A DNA stretch of 64,000 nucleotides, from contig JBBRLJ010000001.1 of the NCBI GenBank assembly GCA_038231435.1, positions 160,001 through 224,000 on the forward strand, given 5' to 3'. Positions 48,284 to 58,015 of the stretch are shown in pieces. The position numbers and the translations under genes are program-made. The notes under the pieces are model-generated. The model did not search any database. It had not been told where the DNA came from and saw only the letters and a program-made list of their open reading frames with translations. Within the stretch, counting starts at the first letter, position 1, and each line of letters begins with the position of its first letter. The stretch comes from Planctomycetota bacterium. GTDB taxonomy: Bacteria > Planctomycetota > UBA11346.

Positions 48284-48406
48284 GGCCGGGATGATCGGCC
48301 CGACCCGTTGGCCAGGCAAGGGAGGCCTCGCCAACCTCGCCTCGCCCTCGTCACCCAGGCCGTGAGCGCCGGTTGGCCTCGCTCCACGCCGCGCCACACT
48401 GCACGC

Positions 48407-49588
48407 ATGCGACCACTGGGGTACAGCTCCAATCTGCATGCCGCGGAGACCGTCGATGAGATCATCGCGGCGGTGCAGGGTTTCACGGCCCACGCGCGTG
48501 AACGACTCGGCTGGGAGCGCCTCGGACTGGATCTGCGCCTGGGGTCGAGGGCCATCGCCGAGTTGGCGGATCCGCGCGCCCTGACGCGGCTGCGCGAGGC
48601 GCTCGACCGCGGCGCCATCGACGCGTACACCATCAACGCCTTCCCCCTGCGCCCGTTCCAGGCAGCAGTCGTGAAGCAGGACGCCTACCGGCCGGACTGG
48701 ACCACGGCCGAGCGGCTCGCCGACACCCTGCGGCTGATCGACATCGCGACTCGGCTGAGCGATTCCCCGACGGTGACCATTTCGACCGTCCCGGGGACCT
48801 ACCGGCCGTTCGGCGCTGGTGGGCGCGTTCCCGATGACATCGCCGCCGCGCTCGGTACCTGGGCGGCAGCGGCGGCGCGAGCGGGGCGAGCTACTGGTCG
48901 CACCGTCGTGCTGTGCCTGGAGCCCGAACCCTGGTGCCTGCTCGAGACATCGTGGGATGTCGCCGCGTTCTGGACCGGCCCCCTCGCCCAGTCCGGTCTG
49001 GAAGCGTGCACGCGCGCGCTCGATGGCGATCGCGAGGCCGCGCTCGCCGCCATCTCCACGCATCTGGGGGTCTGCTTCGACACCTGCCACGTGAGCCTCG
49101 CCTTCGAGGATCAGCGCGCGGCCGCCGCGCGCATGATCGCCGCCGGCGCGCGCATCGCCAAGTGCCAGGTCTCGGCCGCGCCCGAGGTGCGCGATCCGCA
49201 CGCCGATGCTGAAGGTGTCGCCGCGATGCGCGCACTCGCCGAGCCGCGTTTCCTGCACCAGACCGCCGCGATCAGCGCGACGGGCTCGTGCTCGAAGGTC
49301 CAGGATCTCACTGAGCTCGACAGCTGCCTCGCGCACCTGCCGAACGCGACCGCCGTGCGCAGCCACTTCCACATCCCGCTGTTCCGCGAACCATCCCCGC
49401 GCGGGCTGTCGACCACCATCGAGGACAGTCTGGCCGGCGTGAGCGCGTGCCTGGCCGCCGGCTGCGAGCATGTCGCCGTCGAGACCTACACCTGGAGCAT
49501 CCTCGCCGCCAACGACCGCGACGCGCTGGCCGGCACCGTGCGCGAGCTGGAATGGCTCGACGGCAGGCTCCGTTCCAAGACCGCCTGA
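48407..49588 (+). CDS. eboE: Metabolite traffic protein EboE (xylose-isomerase-like TIM barrel)
   Basis: Y.SN.H..E, YTINAFP...F...VK..AY.PDW, LEPEP, HLGVCFD.CH, K.QVSAA, AEPRFLHQ, RSHFH.PLF, VETYTW. Confidence 0.85.
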   Translation: MRPLGYSSNLHAAETVDEIIAAVQGFTAHARERLGWERLGLDLRLGSRAIAELADPRALTRLREALDRGAIDAYTINAFPLRPFQAAVVKQDAYRPDWTTAERLADTLRLIDIATRLSDSPTVTISTVPGTYRPFGAGGRVPDDIAAALGTWAAAAARAGRATGRTVVLCLEPEPWCLLETSWDVAAFWTGPLAQSGLEACTRALDGDREAALAAISTHLGVCFDTCHVSLAFEDQRAAAARMIAAGARIAKCQVSAAPEVRDPHADAEGVAAMRALAEPRFLHQTAAISATGSCSKVQDLTELDSCLAHLPNATAVRSHFHIPLFREPSPRGLSTTIEDSLAGVSACLAAGCEHVAVETYTWSILAANDRDALAGTVRELEWLDGRLRSKTA

Positions 49589-49802
49589 GACCGTCGCGAC
49601 GGTTCGGGCATGGCTCAGATGTCGATGAGACATCGATGGCGATGCCGATTCGCTGTCGACATCGCCCTGAGTCGCGGACGACAGCCGCATCAGATGCCCC
49701 CCTGCACGGCCTCCTCGCAGGAAGCCGTCCCCCTTCCGGGATCGGCTGGATCGGCCGCGACCCGGGGCTTTGCCCCTCCGATCTGCTCCCTATGGTCGTG
49801 CC

Positions 49803-50708
49803 ATGGTCCAGCCGACGCCATTCCAACGCATGCTCCAGGATGTGAGCAAAGAAGCCCGCAGCGCTCCCGAGCAGGCGTTCGCCAAGCTCGACGAGCTGTA
49901 CGGCAAGACCATGGTCGATACCGATGTGCTCGCCCTCGGAGCCTTCGCCACCAATCTCGGCGGCGCCGCGCTCGGCCGCTTCGACGAGACCGCGGAGCTC
50001 ATCCGCCGCTGCCTCGGCCACCAGGCGGTGCCGCCCGAGTCCTCGGTGCGCCGCAGCCTCAATCGCGCGCTGGCGGTGCTGATGGTGTGCGCCGACCGCA
50101 TGGAAGACGCCGAGAAGGCCAGGCGCCTGGGCGTCACCACGCCCTCAGAGGAATGCCGCTTCGCCGGCGCCTGCGCGCAGACGCTGCTCGCCCGCAATCG
50201 CGGGTCCGATGCGATGACCTATTTCAAGCAGGCGACCAGGCTCTGCCGCGAACTTCCGGTGACCGACGAGGTCGTGGCCCAGACCGCGGCCATCGCCGCG
50301 AACCTGCTGCGCGTGGCCGAGCCGCAGTGCCTGCTCGCGCACGACCTGCTCACCGCCGCCGCCGAGGCGAACCTGGCCTCCGCGGGCCGCAGCGAGGATT
50401 GGAAGATCCGCCATCGCACGCTGTTCCACCACGGCAAGTCGTGGCTGCTCGCCGGCAATCCCATGCGCGCGCTCGCGAGCGTGCAGAAGATGATGGAGCT
50501 CGAAGCCACGAACGAGGCCGGAGCCGTCGAGTGCTTCTACTCGGCCAACCTGGCTTGCCGCGCGCAGGCGACGCGCGGGCAGTTCAAGGTCGCGGCCAGC
50601 GCCATGGCGGCTTGCGTGAAGCTGGCGCGTGACGCCGAACAGGCTGGCGAGCCGATGGGCCCCGCGCTCGAGGATCTCGAGCGCTTCGTGGCCTCGATGA
50701 AGGCTTAG
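49803..50708 (+). CDS. Hypothetical TPR-like helical protein
   Basis: All-alpha repeat pattern and GC3 bias. Confidence 0.7.
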   Translation: MVQPTPFQRMLQDVSKEARSAPEQAFAKLDELYGKTMVDTDVLALGAFATNLGGAALGRFDETAELIRRCLGHQAVPPESSVRRSLNRALAVLMVCADRMEDAEKARRLGVTTPSEECRFAGACAQTLLARNRGSDAMTYFKQATRLCRELPVTDEVVAQTAAIAANLLRVAEPQCLLAHDLLTAAAEANLASAGRSEDWKIRHRTLFHHGKSWLLAGNPMRALASVQKMMELEATNEAGAVECFYSANLACRAQATRGQFKVAASAMAACVKLARDAEQAGEPMGPALEDLERFVASMKA

Positions 50709-50781
50709 ACCGCCGCCGTCGATGCGCGACGAGGCGAATGGGCGAAGCGCGGCACCGACCTGTCCATGAGCCTCCCGGATA

Positions 50782-51099
50782 TCAGCGCAGGCTGCGCGCG
50801 GCGAGCACGTAGCGCAGGATCTCGTCCTGCTGGACCTGGTCGAGCCTGGCCTTCTTGCCCATGCTCGCGACGAAACCGGGCCACTCGGAGGCGCTGTGCG
50901 AGGTCGGCGGCGGCAACGAGTGGCAGGTGTCGCAGCGGGTGGTGAAGAGGTCGCGGCCGCGCTCGAGCCCCTCGCCGCTGGCGTCGGGATCGCGCGCACG
51001 GGCGGCGGCGATCAGTTCGGGCGACACCCGCGGCACGGCGGTGGCGCAGGAAACGATGAGCAGGATGGGGAGGATCACCAAGCCGTGGCGCGCGCGCAT
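50782..51099 (-). CDS. Monoheme cytochrome c lipoprotein
   Basis: Lipobox-like IVSC, G..LF..RCDTCH, and W...V..M..KA (distal Met). Confidence 0.82.
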   Translation of the reverse strand: MRARHGLVILPILLIVSCATAVPRVSPELIAAARARDPDASGEGLERGRDLFTTRCDTCHSLPPPTSHSASEWPGFVASMGKKARLDQVQQDEILRYVLAARSLR

Positions 51100-51409
51100 C
51101 GGAGTTCCTCTGTGGTCTCTTGGCTGGAATACATTGCCCGTGCAGGGGAGGGCGAGAAAGCGCATCCCCGATCGTGAACTGCGCCCTGAAGGCCTCTTCG
51201 TACTGCGGCTCGACGTGGTTCCGAGCTTGGCGATCGTCGCTGACAGCCGCCCAGCTCCAATGAGGGGACCGAGCGCAGAATGCTACAAAACTCGCCCGCC
51301 GGTCAATGGTATTTGAGAATAATTCGCAATAACATGCCTGCTCCTCCGGCCCGGTAAGCCTCGTCCCTCATTGCCCTTGCCATGACCGACCGCGTGGGAG
51401 AGTGCCCCC

Positions 51410-52579
51410 ATGGCCGACGATTCCTCGACTTCTCGGCATGAGCACACCTGGGTAGATTCGCCGCGTCGGCTCAAGGACCTCGCTGCGGCGATGGCCGCCG
51501 CGCCGTGGATCGCGATCGATACCGAGGCGAACTCCATGTTCGTCTACCGCGAGCAGATGTGCCTGCTGCAGATCAATGCGGCCGGCGCGATGTTCGTGGT
51601 CGATACCCTCGCCCTGATGGCCGCCTCGCCCCAGGCAGGCGTGCCGAATCCAGCCCTGGCCGAGATCGCGGGCGAGCTCTCACGCGCCGACCGCCCCTGC
51701 TACGTACATGGCGGCGAATACGACGTCGGCATCTTCAAACGTGATTTCGGCATCTCCCTCGGCGGGGTCTGGGACAGCCAGCAGGCGGCGAGCCTGCTGG
51801 GATGGGAGAAGACCGGATATGGCGCCGCCGTCGAGCGCGTCTGTTCGGTGCTCCTCGACAAGGCCTATACGCAATACGATTGGGGCACCAGGCCCTTGGA
51901 CCCCAATGCGCTGCGCTACGCCGTCGACGACGTGGTGTACCTGCCGAAGGTCTGCGAGACCCTGCGCGCGGAGATCTCTGCCGCGGACCTCGACGAGGAA
52001 CTCGCCATCGCCAACCAGGCGGTGGCGTCGACCACCTGGACCGGTGGCTTCGATCCGGGCGGCTTCTGGCGCATCAAGGGCGTCCGCGAGCTGAAGCCGC
52101 ACGCACTGGGCATCCTGGCGGCATTGCACGCCTGGCGCGATGGCCTGGCCCGCATCCACAACAAGCCCCCGGGGCGGGTGGTGAACAACGAGAACATGCT
52201 GTCGATCGCTCGCAACGCACCGACGAACTTCCAACTGCTCAAGAAGGTCGGCGTGAAGGGTTGGCTGATGTCCGCGCACGGCGACGACCTGATCGCCACC
52301 ATCAAACGCGCGCAATCGGATCCGCAGCCACTGCCATCGCGTCCACGCGCTCGCGACGTGCTTCCGGAAGAGGAGGAGCGCGAGACCCGGCTGAAGGATT
52401 GGCGGCGCTCAGAGGCCGAACGCCGACAGGTGCCCTTGCAGGTGGTGCTGCCGGCCAAGGCGCTCGAGCATCTCAAGCAACACGGCGCTGGCGATCTCGG
52501 GGTCGTGCCGCAGCTCGGGCCGAAACGCATCCGGCTGTACGGCGACGATCTCAGGCGGCTGTGCTCGCTGGAGCCGTGA
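51410..52579 (+). CDS. rnd: Ribonuclease D (3'-5' exonuclease + HRDC)
   Basis: IAIDTE, CLLQI, D...A..LG, DW..RPL...L.YA.DDV.YL, WR...AR....P..V HRDC. Confidence 0.88.
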   Translation: MADDSSTSRHEHTWVDSPRRLKDLAAAMAAAPWIAIDTEANSMFVYREQMCLLQINAAGAMFVVDTLALMAASPQAGVPNPALAEIAGELSRADRPCYVHGGEYDVGIFKRDFGISLGGVWDSQQAASLLGWEKTGYGAAVERVCSVLLDKAYTQYDWGTRPLDPNALRYAVDDVVYLPKVCETLRAEISAADLDEELAIANQAVASTTWTGGFDPGGFWRIKGVRELKPHALGILAALHAWRDGLARIHNKPPGRVVNNENMLSIARNAPTNFQLLKKVGVKGWLMSAHGDDLIATIKRAQSDPQPLPSRPRARDVLPEEEERETRLKDWRRSEAERRQVPLQVVLPAKALEHLKQHGAGDLGVVPQLGPKRIRLYGDDLRRLCSLEP

Positions 52580-52797
52580 TCGGCTGAGCGGTCAGGGATC
52601 CTCAGCCGATCAGCGCAGCTTCCGCATCCCGTCCTGTATCGGGAGCTTTCCCTGGAATTGCAACGATGGTGCCATTACCATCCCTCGGTGCAGATCCGAG
52701 GAGCACGGCTTTTCCCGCCGCGAACGATCTCGGAGCCAAGCACCCCTACCGCCAGCACCCCGGCTACGGCAGGTCCAATCGCATTCAGGAGCCGCCC

Positions 52798-53667
52798 ATG
52801 CGCGCTGGAATCCGGATAGCTCTCGTGGCCTGCATCGGCGTCCTCGCCACGCGCAGCGCCTCTGCCGCCCTGGTCGATGTCGAGTTCGTGGAGATCCGCG
52901 ATACTCCGGTCGGGATCATGTTCAGCGATTGCCTGAAGGGAGAACCTCCGGCTGCTCCAGCGGACCCCGCCGCCGCGGCGACAGCCGATCCCGCCGTCAC
53001 CATGGGCCCGCCGGCCCCGACCGACGACGACGGGGTCAAGGATCTCAAACGAGTGCTCGTCGGTTGGGACGGCGTGCGTTCCCCGCCGGTCATCCGTTTC
53101 ATCGGCATGTCAGCCGACGATACCATCGCGCGCATCAGCAAGGGCCAACCGGGGATCCCCACCGCGCTCGGACCTTCGTGGCCGATGCCGAACCTCTCGG
53201 GCTTCGCCATCGTCAAGGTCGGCGAGAAGGAGCTGGTCGTCACCACTCCCGCCTCGTTCGAGCACCTCACGCTCGCCCCCTTGCCCGAGGCGGCCGGGCA
53301 CGCGCTCGACTTCAAGGCGCCATCGACCGATCTCAAGCTCGGCGACCTGCAGGACAAGATCTCGGACTTCCACCTCACTTACGACAAGGAAGGCAGCACC
53401 CTGCTCCAGGTGAACACGCCCAACGAACGCGACGCGAAATCCGTCGACCGCTACATCTGGTGGCGCAAGCCGGTGGTGTTCGCGGGGGCCGACGTCGGCG
53501 TGAAGAAGCTGAAATTCCCCGCCAAGCTGTTCGACCAGACCGAGATCACGCGCAAGCGCAACGTGCTGACCGCGAAGACCACGCTCAAGGACGAGATGCG
53601 CGACCAGGCGTTCATCTATCTGGCCGACGCCATCAAGCGTGAACTACGGCGATATCAGGCCAAGTGA
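52798..53667 (+). CDS. Hypothetical exported protein
   Basis: AGGAG RBS, signal peptide ending in ASA, GC3 bias. Confidence 0.72.
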   Translation: MRAGIRIALVACIGVLATRSASAALVDVEFVEIRDTPVGIMFSDCLKGEPPAAPADPAAAATADPAVTMGPPAPTDDDGVKDLKRVLVGWDGVRSPPVIRFIGMSADDTIARISKGQPGIPTALGPSWPMPNLSGFAIVKVGEKELVVTTPASFEHLTLAPLPEAAGHALDFKAPSTDLKLGDLQDKISDFHLTYDKEGSTLLQVNTPNERDAKSVDRYIWWRKPVVFAGADVGVKKLKFPAKLFDQTEITRKRNVLTAKTTLKDEMRDQAFIYLADAIKRELRRYQAK

Positions 53668-53682
53668 ACGGGCGCGAGCGGC

Positions 53683-53710
53683 GATGGGTGATGGGTGATG
53701 GGTGATGGGC
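53683..53710. repeat. Heptamer tandem repeat (GATGGGT)x4
   Basis: GATGGGT GATGGGT GATGGGT GATGGGC between convergent genes. Confidence 0.8.
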
Positions 53711-53733
53711 GCTGTCAAGTCGCGCCAGCGCGT

Positions 53734-54651
53734 TCAACGTGAACGCGTTCCCCGGCGCGTCTCGCGGGCGACCTGGCTCGATCCAGCGGTGTGCCGCCGG
53801 GTACGCCGCGTACGTGGCGTGATGAACTCTTCGACGTGAGCCATGACGCCAATCAGAGCTCTGGCATCCGTCGGTCGCGACATCGGACTCTTGGCCAGGC
53901 ACGCATCTATGATCTGCGCCAACGCCACCGGCGCCTGGGGCATGCGCTCGCGTAACGCCGGCGGTTTCCGCTGGGCATGGGCAGCCAAGCGCTCCGTGCG
54001 GTGGCCCTCGAAGGGCAGCGACCCGGTCAGCACCACGAAGGCGCAGACCCCCAGGGCATAGACATCGCTCGCGAAGGATGGGTGGTGACCGGTGATCAGC
54101 TCAGGGGCCAGATAGGCGGCGGTGCCAAACAACGATTTCGGCTTAGAGAAGAAACGGATGAAGATGCTGGTCTTCACCGGTTCGCGCGCATTGCCAAAAT
54201 CCACCAGCGAGATCTTGCCGTCGGGGCCGACGATGACGTTCTCGGGCTTGAGATCATTGTGCACGATGCCGTGCTCGTGCAGATGGGCCGCAATCCCGAC
54301 CAGTCCGATGAGCGCGCGCGCCCCCACGCGGCTCGGGGCTTCTGCGAGGACCGAGGCCAGCGTCCGTCCGGGAATGAAATCCATCAGCAGAGCGGAGCGT
54401 CCCGACACTTCACCGAAGCGACGCGCTTTGGGAATGCCAGGATGCGACAGTGCCGAGAGCACCTCGAATTCCTTCGCCAGCGCCTGGACCTGGCGCTTCT
54501 CCAACTGCCGTTCGGGCAGCAGCACCTTGAGAGCGGCCTGGGAGCGGCTGTCGTCGACATGCTCGACGCGGTAGACCTCGGCGGCTCCGCCGGCGCCGAC
54601 GAGCTCACGCACCACGTGACTGCCGAAATGCTGGTTGATGAGTCCACTCAC
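53734..54651 (-). CDS. Serine/threonine protein kinase (non-RD, HND)
   Basis: GAGGAAEVY, ALK, HNDLKPEN, DFG, FGTAAYLAPE, DVYALG; GTG start inferred. Confidence 0.88.
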   Translation of the reverse strand: MSGLINQHFGSHVVRELVGAGGAAEVYRVEHVDDSRSQAALKVLLPERQLEKRQVQALAKEFEVLSALSHPGIPKARRFGEVSGRSALLMDFIPGRTLASVLAEAPSRVGARALIGLVGIAAHLHEHGIVHNDLKPENVIVGPDGKISLVDFGNAREPVKTSIFIRFFSKPKSLFGTAAYLAPELITGHHPSFASDVYALGVCAFVVLTGSLPFEGHRTERLAAHAQRKPPALRERMPQAPVALAQIIDACLAKSPMSRPTDARALIGVMAHVEEFITPRTRRTRRHTAGSSQVARETRRGTRSR

Positions 54652-54709
54652 GTCGCACGAGACTAGCGGCCCGGGCCCCCGCACGCAAACCCTCGCTGGG
54701 AACCAAGCC

Positions 54710-55603
54710 TCAGGGAAGCGTGATCGCGCGGAATACGCCAGTCTCGGTGAGCGACGCGGGTAGATCGCGGATCGCCGCATGGAGTTCGCGCGCGTCAGCG
54801 GGCCGCGATACCGCCTCCTTTGCCAGGCAGGCGTCGATCACCTTGCCCATCGCCTGGGGGATCTGCGGGAGGCGATCACGGATGCTCGGGGGCGCCTGGG
54901 TGGCGTTGGCGCGCAGGCGGCCCGACTGGCGGGACTCGTCGAAGGGCGGCTTGCCGGTGAGCAGCATGAAGGCGCAGACGCCGATCGCGTAGACGTCGGT
55001 GGACAGGGTCGGGCGCTTGCCGGCGATCAGTTCAGGAGCGAGATAGGTCGCGGTACCGAAGATCTGCGCTGGCTTGCGGGTGAAGAAGCGGGTGATGACG
55101 TTGTCAGCCTGGACTTCCTTCACGCTGCCGAAATCCACCAGCGATACCTTGGCATCGGGCCGGAGGATGGCGTTCTCGAGCTTGATGTCGTTGTGGATCA
55201 GATGGCGATCGTGCAGGTACGACATGATCGAGGTGAGTCCGAGCAGCGAGGCGACGCCGGGGATCGGCCTTTTCTTGGTCTGCAGCGCTGCGAGCGTCTC
55301 GCCGGGGACGAAATCCATGATGAAGCATGGACGTCCGGATATCTCGCCGGTGCGTCTCGCGATCGGAATTCCCGGATGTTTCAGCTTCTGCAGCACCAGG
55401 AATTCGTCCTGGAAGGCCTTCAGCTTGTCCTTCTCTGCCTGGCGCTCGGGGCGGATGACCTTCAGCGCGTAGGAGCGCTGGTCGTCGCGGTGCTCGACCC
55501 GGAAGACCTCGGCGATGCCGCCTGCGCCGATCGCCTCGCGAACCACGAAAGGACCGACGGTGGCGTTGATGAGCGATGGTCCATTCATCAGCGAGGTGGT
55601 CAT
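54710..55603 (-). CDS. Serine/threonine protein kinase (non-RD, HND), paralog of the neighbour
   Basis: GAGGIAEVF, ALK, HNDIKLEN, DFG, FGTATYLAPE, DVYAIG. Confidence 0.9.
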   Translation of the reverse strand: MTTSLMNGPSLINATVGPFVVREAIGAGGIAEVFRVEHRDDQRSYALKVIRPERQAEKDKLKAFQDEFLVLQKLKHPGIPIARRTGEISGRPCFIMDFVPGETLAALQTKKRPIPGVASLLGLTSIMSYLHDRHLIHNDIKLENAILRPDAKVSLVDFGSVKEVQADNVITRFFTRKPAQIFGTATYLAPELIAGKRPTLSTDVYAIGVCAFMLLTGKPPFDESRQSGRLRANATQAPPSIRDRLPQIPQAMGKVIDACLAKEAVSRPADARELHAAIRDLPASLTETGVFRAITLP

Positions 55604-55771
55604 GGTGCCAGGGTGTGAACGGGTATCAACGTAGCACCCGCGAGAAGGTTCAGTCCTTCTCCAAGCCCTGTGGAGGCAGCCTCCTGATCGCTGAGCGCGG
55701 AGAAGGCCGGGTACGGAGATCAAGACGCTCGCTCCCGACGCGACCGGACCCGGCTCTTCAGACCTGCGGGA

Positions 55772-56719
55772 TCAGACCGGATTGGGGACGAACGACCCGC
55801 CACGGCAGCGCTTCAGATACTCAAGCGCGTGCACCTGGCCGGTCATTTCGAGTTCATCCCGGTAGATCGGATCGTGCCAGCCCTCGATGTCGATCGATCC
55901 CGAGAACCCTCCGCGGCGGAGGTCGCTGATGATGTCGGTCCAATTGCTGTCGCCGAATCCAGGAGTGCGGTGGAACACGTACGGCTTGCTGCCACGGATG
56001 CCGTAGGTGCGGACCACGTCCCAGTGCACCGTCGCGTCCTTGCCATGGACATGGAAGATGCGCTTAACGTACTTGCGCAGCTGCGGCATCGGATCGATCA
56101 GGCTCACCATCTGGTGGCATGGTTCCCATTCGAGTCCGATGTTGTCATACGGGATCGCGTCGAACATCATGTCCCAGGATTCCGGGGTGTGCGCCAGGTT
56201 CCAATCGCCCCCGCCCCAGGTGCCACCCATGTCGCAGTTCTCGAACGCCAGGCGGACGCCGTTGTCCTTCGCCTGCTTGGCCAATGGCGTGAACACCTTC
56301 TTGAATGCCGGGATGGACTTGTCGATCGGCTGGTCCAGGAGCCGTCCAGCGAAGCCGTCGACGATGTCGCAGCCGAACAGCGGCGCGGCCTCGATGCAGC
56401 GGCGCCAGCCCTCGACGGTCTCCTTGTCCTTGTCACGCGTTTCCAACGGATTGCCGAAGATCCCGAGCGTCGAGACCACGGCATTGGTGCCCTTGAGCAC
56501 CGCCGCCACCTCCTTGGCGATCTGCTTCAGGTCGAGGCCCTCGGTGGTCTGCCAGAAGGTGATGCTGAAGCTCTCGAAGCCGTGGGCCAGGATCTGCTCG
56601 ATGTAGCGCGCGGTCTTGGCGTTGCCCGGTACCAGCGTGCCGATGCGCACGTTCTCCTTGTACGCCTTCTTCTCGGGAGCGGCGGTCTTGGTGTCGGTGG
56701 TCAGCGTCGATTCGGCCAT
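55772..56719 (-). CDS. Sugar phosphate isomerase/epimerase (TIM barrel)
   Basis: AFENC, GLEWEPCH, HVHGKDA, PG.G...W, IEG.HD; GGAG RBS. Confidence 0.88.
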   Translation of the reverse strand: MAESTLTTDTKTAAPEKKAYKENVRIGTLVPGNAKTARYIEQILAHGFESFSITFWQTTEGLDLKQIAKEVAAVLKGTNAVVSTLGIFGNPLETRDKDKETVEGWRRCIEAAPLFGCDIVDGFAGRLLDQPIDKSIPAFKKVFTPLAKQAKDNGVRLAFENCDMGGTWGGGDWNLAHTPESWDMMFDAIPYDNIGLEWEPCHQMVSLIDPMPQLRKYVKRIFHVHGKDATVHWDVVRTYGIRGSKPYVFHRTPGFGDSNWTDIISDLRRGGFSGSIDIEGWHDPIYRDELEMTGQVHALEYLKRCRGGSFVPNPV

Positions 56720-56773
56720 GGGAGGCTCCTGATCAGGGGTCGGAATTGGAGTGAGAGGCGGACGCGATGCGTC

Positions 56774-57811
56774 CTACCAGGTGATTTTCACGCGCTTGCC
56801 AGAGCGCGCCGAGCGCATCGCGGCGAACACCATGGCGAGGCTCTTGATGTTGTCGTGGACCTCGCACTGCGGCTTGGTTCCGGACTCGAGCGCATCGAGG
56901 AATTCGTTCAGCGAGCCGTTGATGCCGTCGCCATTGGGCGAGACCTTGGCGACCGTGATGTCCTCGAGCTCGCTGTGGAAGCCGGGCTTGCCGCCCGGCT
57001 TGACGCGCTGGCCGCGCGGGAACTGGTCCTGCTCGAGTAGCATGGTGCCCTGGTTGCCTACCACGCGCCAATTGCCGTTCCACGAGGTGTGCAGGCCTTC
57101 GGCGCACCACGACCCGCGGTAGGTGAACACGATGCCGTCGCTCATCTCGAAGACGCAGGTCGCGGCGACGTCGCCTTTGTACCATGAGCCTTTCGGATTG
57201 AATTCCTTCGCGTAGACGGCCACCGGATCGGCGTCGACGAACAGCCGGCACATGTCGAAATGGTGGATGGCCATGTCGAGGATCAGCGGCGACTCCATGT
57301 CGTCGCGGAATCCGCCAAAATGCGCGCCGATGTAGAAATCGCAATTCAACGTGGTGACATGCCCGATGGCTCCCGAGCGCAGGGCGCGCGCGAACGACAG
57401 GTGATTGGTGTCGTAGCGCCGCGACTGGCTGACCATGTACAGCTTGCGTGACTTCTCGGACGCCTTGAGCATCTTGGATGCGTGGGCCATGCTGTCGGCG
57501 AGCGGCTTCTCGCCGATGACCGGCACGCCCTTCTTCAGCGCCGCGACGGTGGTCGGGCAGTGCGCCTCGGGAATGGTGATGTCGGCGACGAAGTCGGGCT
57601 GGCAAACTTTGATCGCCTTCTTGATGTTGGTGAAGGCGCGGTCCTCGGGCAGGCCGAATTCCTTCGCCGCCGCCAAAGCTGCCTCTTTGCGGATGTCGAC
57701 GACGCCGACGAGCTCGGTACGGGGATTGCCACGGATGTTGCCCATCCAGCCCTTGCCCATGCCTCCGCAGCCCACCACCAGCGCCTTCTTCTTCGTCGTC
57801 ATGGATGTCAT
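56774..57811 (-). CDS. Gfo/Idh/MocA family oxidoreductase
   Basis: GCGGMG, EKPLA, SQSRRY, DMAIHHFD, DN.KSLAMVFAA..S. Confidence 0.92.
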   Translation of the reverse strand: MTSMTTKKKALVVGCGGMGKGWMGNIRGNPRTELVGVVDIRKEAALAAAKEFGLPEDRAFTNIKKAIKVCQPDFVADITIPEAHCPTTVAALKKGVPVIGEKPLADSMAHASKMLKASEKSRKLYMVSQSRRYDTNHLSFARALRSGAIGHVTTLNCDFYIGAHFGGFRDDMESPLILDMAIHHFDMCRLFVDADPVAVYAKEFNPKGSWYKGDVAATCVFEMSDGIVFTYRGSWCAEGLHTSWNGNWRVVGNQGTMLLEQDQFPRGQRVKPGGKPGFHSELEDITVAKVSPNGDGINGSLNEFLDALESGTKPQCEVHDNIKSLAMVFAAMRSARSGKRVKITW

Positions 57812-57832
57812 TGAATCCTCTATTTTACCGTG

Positions 57833-57848
57833 ATGGAAGCGCTTTCAT
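57833..57848. promoter_or_regulatory. LacI-family operator-like palindrome
   Basis: ATGGAAGCGCTTTCAT (TGNAANCGNTTNCA type), just upstream of a minus-strand TAAAAT -10 in front of the sugar operon. Confidence 0.65.
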
Positions 57849-58015
57849 AACCATCTCGGCGGCCGTGGCAAGAGGATCGATCGAGCCTGGACGGAGCGGC
57901 CGCTGGATGCCCATCCACCCACTGGACTTCCATCCTCGCATGCCGTCCGCATGGCGTCCACATGGCGTCCACAGCGAATGGGCGGCCGGACGGGCGCGCA
58001 GAAGCAGCTCGGGGC

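Noticed and set aside
47642..49690. 682-aa and 637-aa overlapping ORFs
   Set aside because: Upstream extensions are artefacts; the real genes are the divergent membrane protein (start 48283) and eboE (start 48407).
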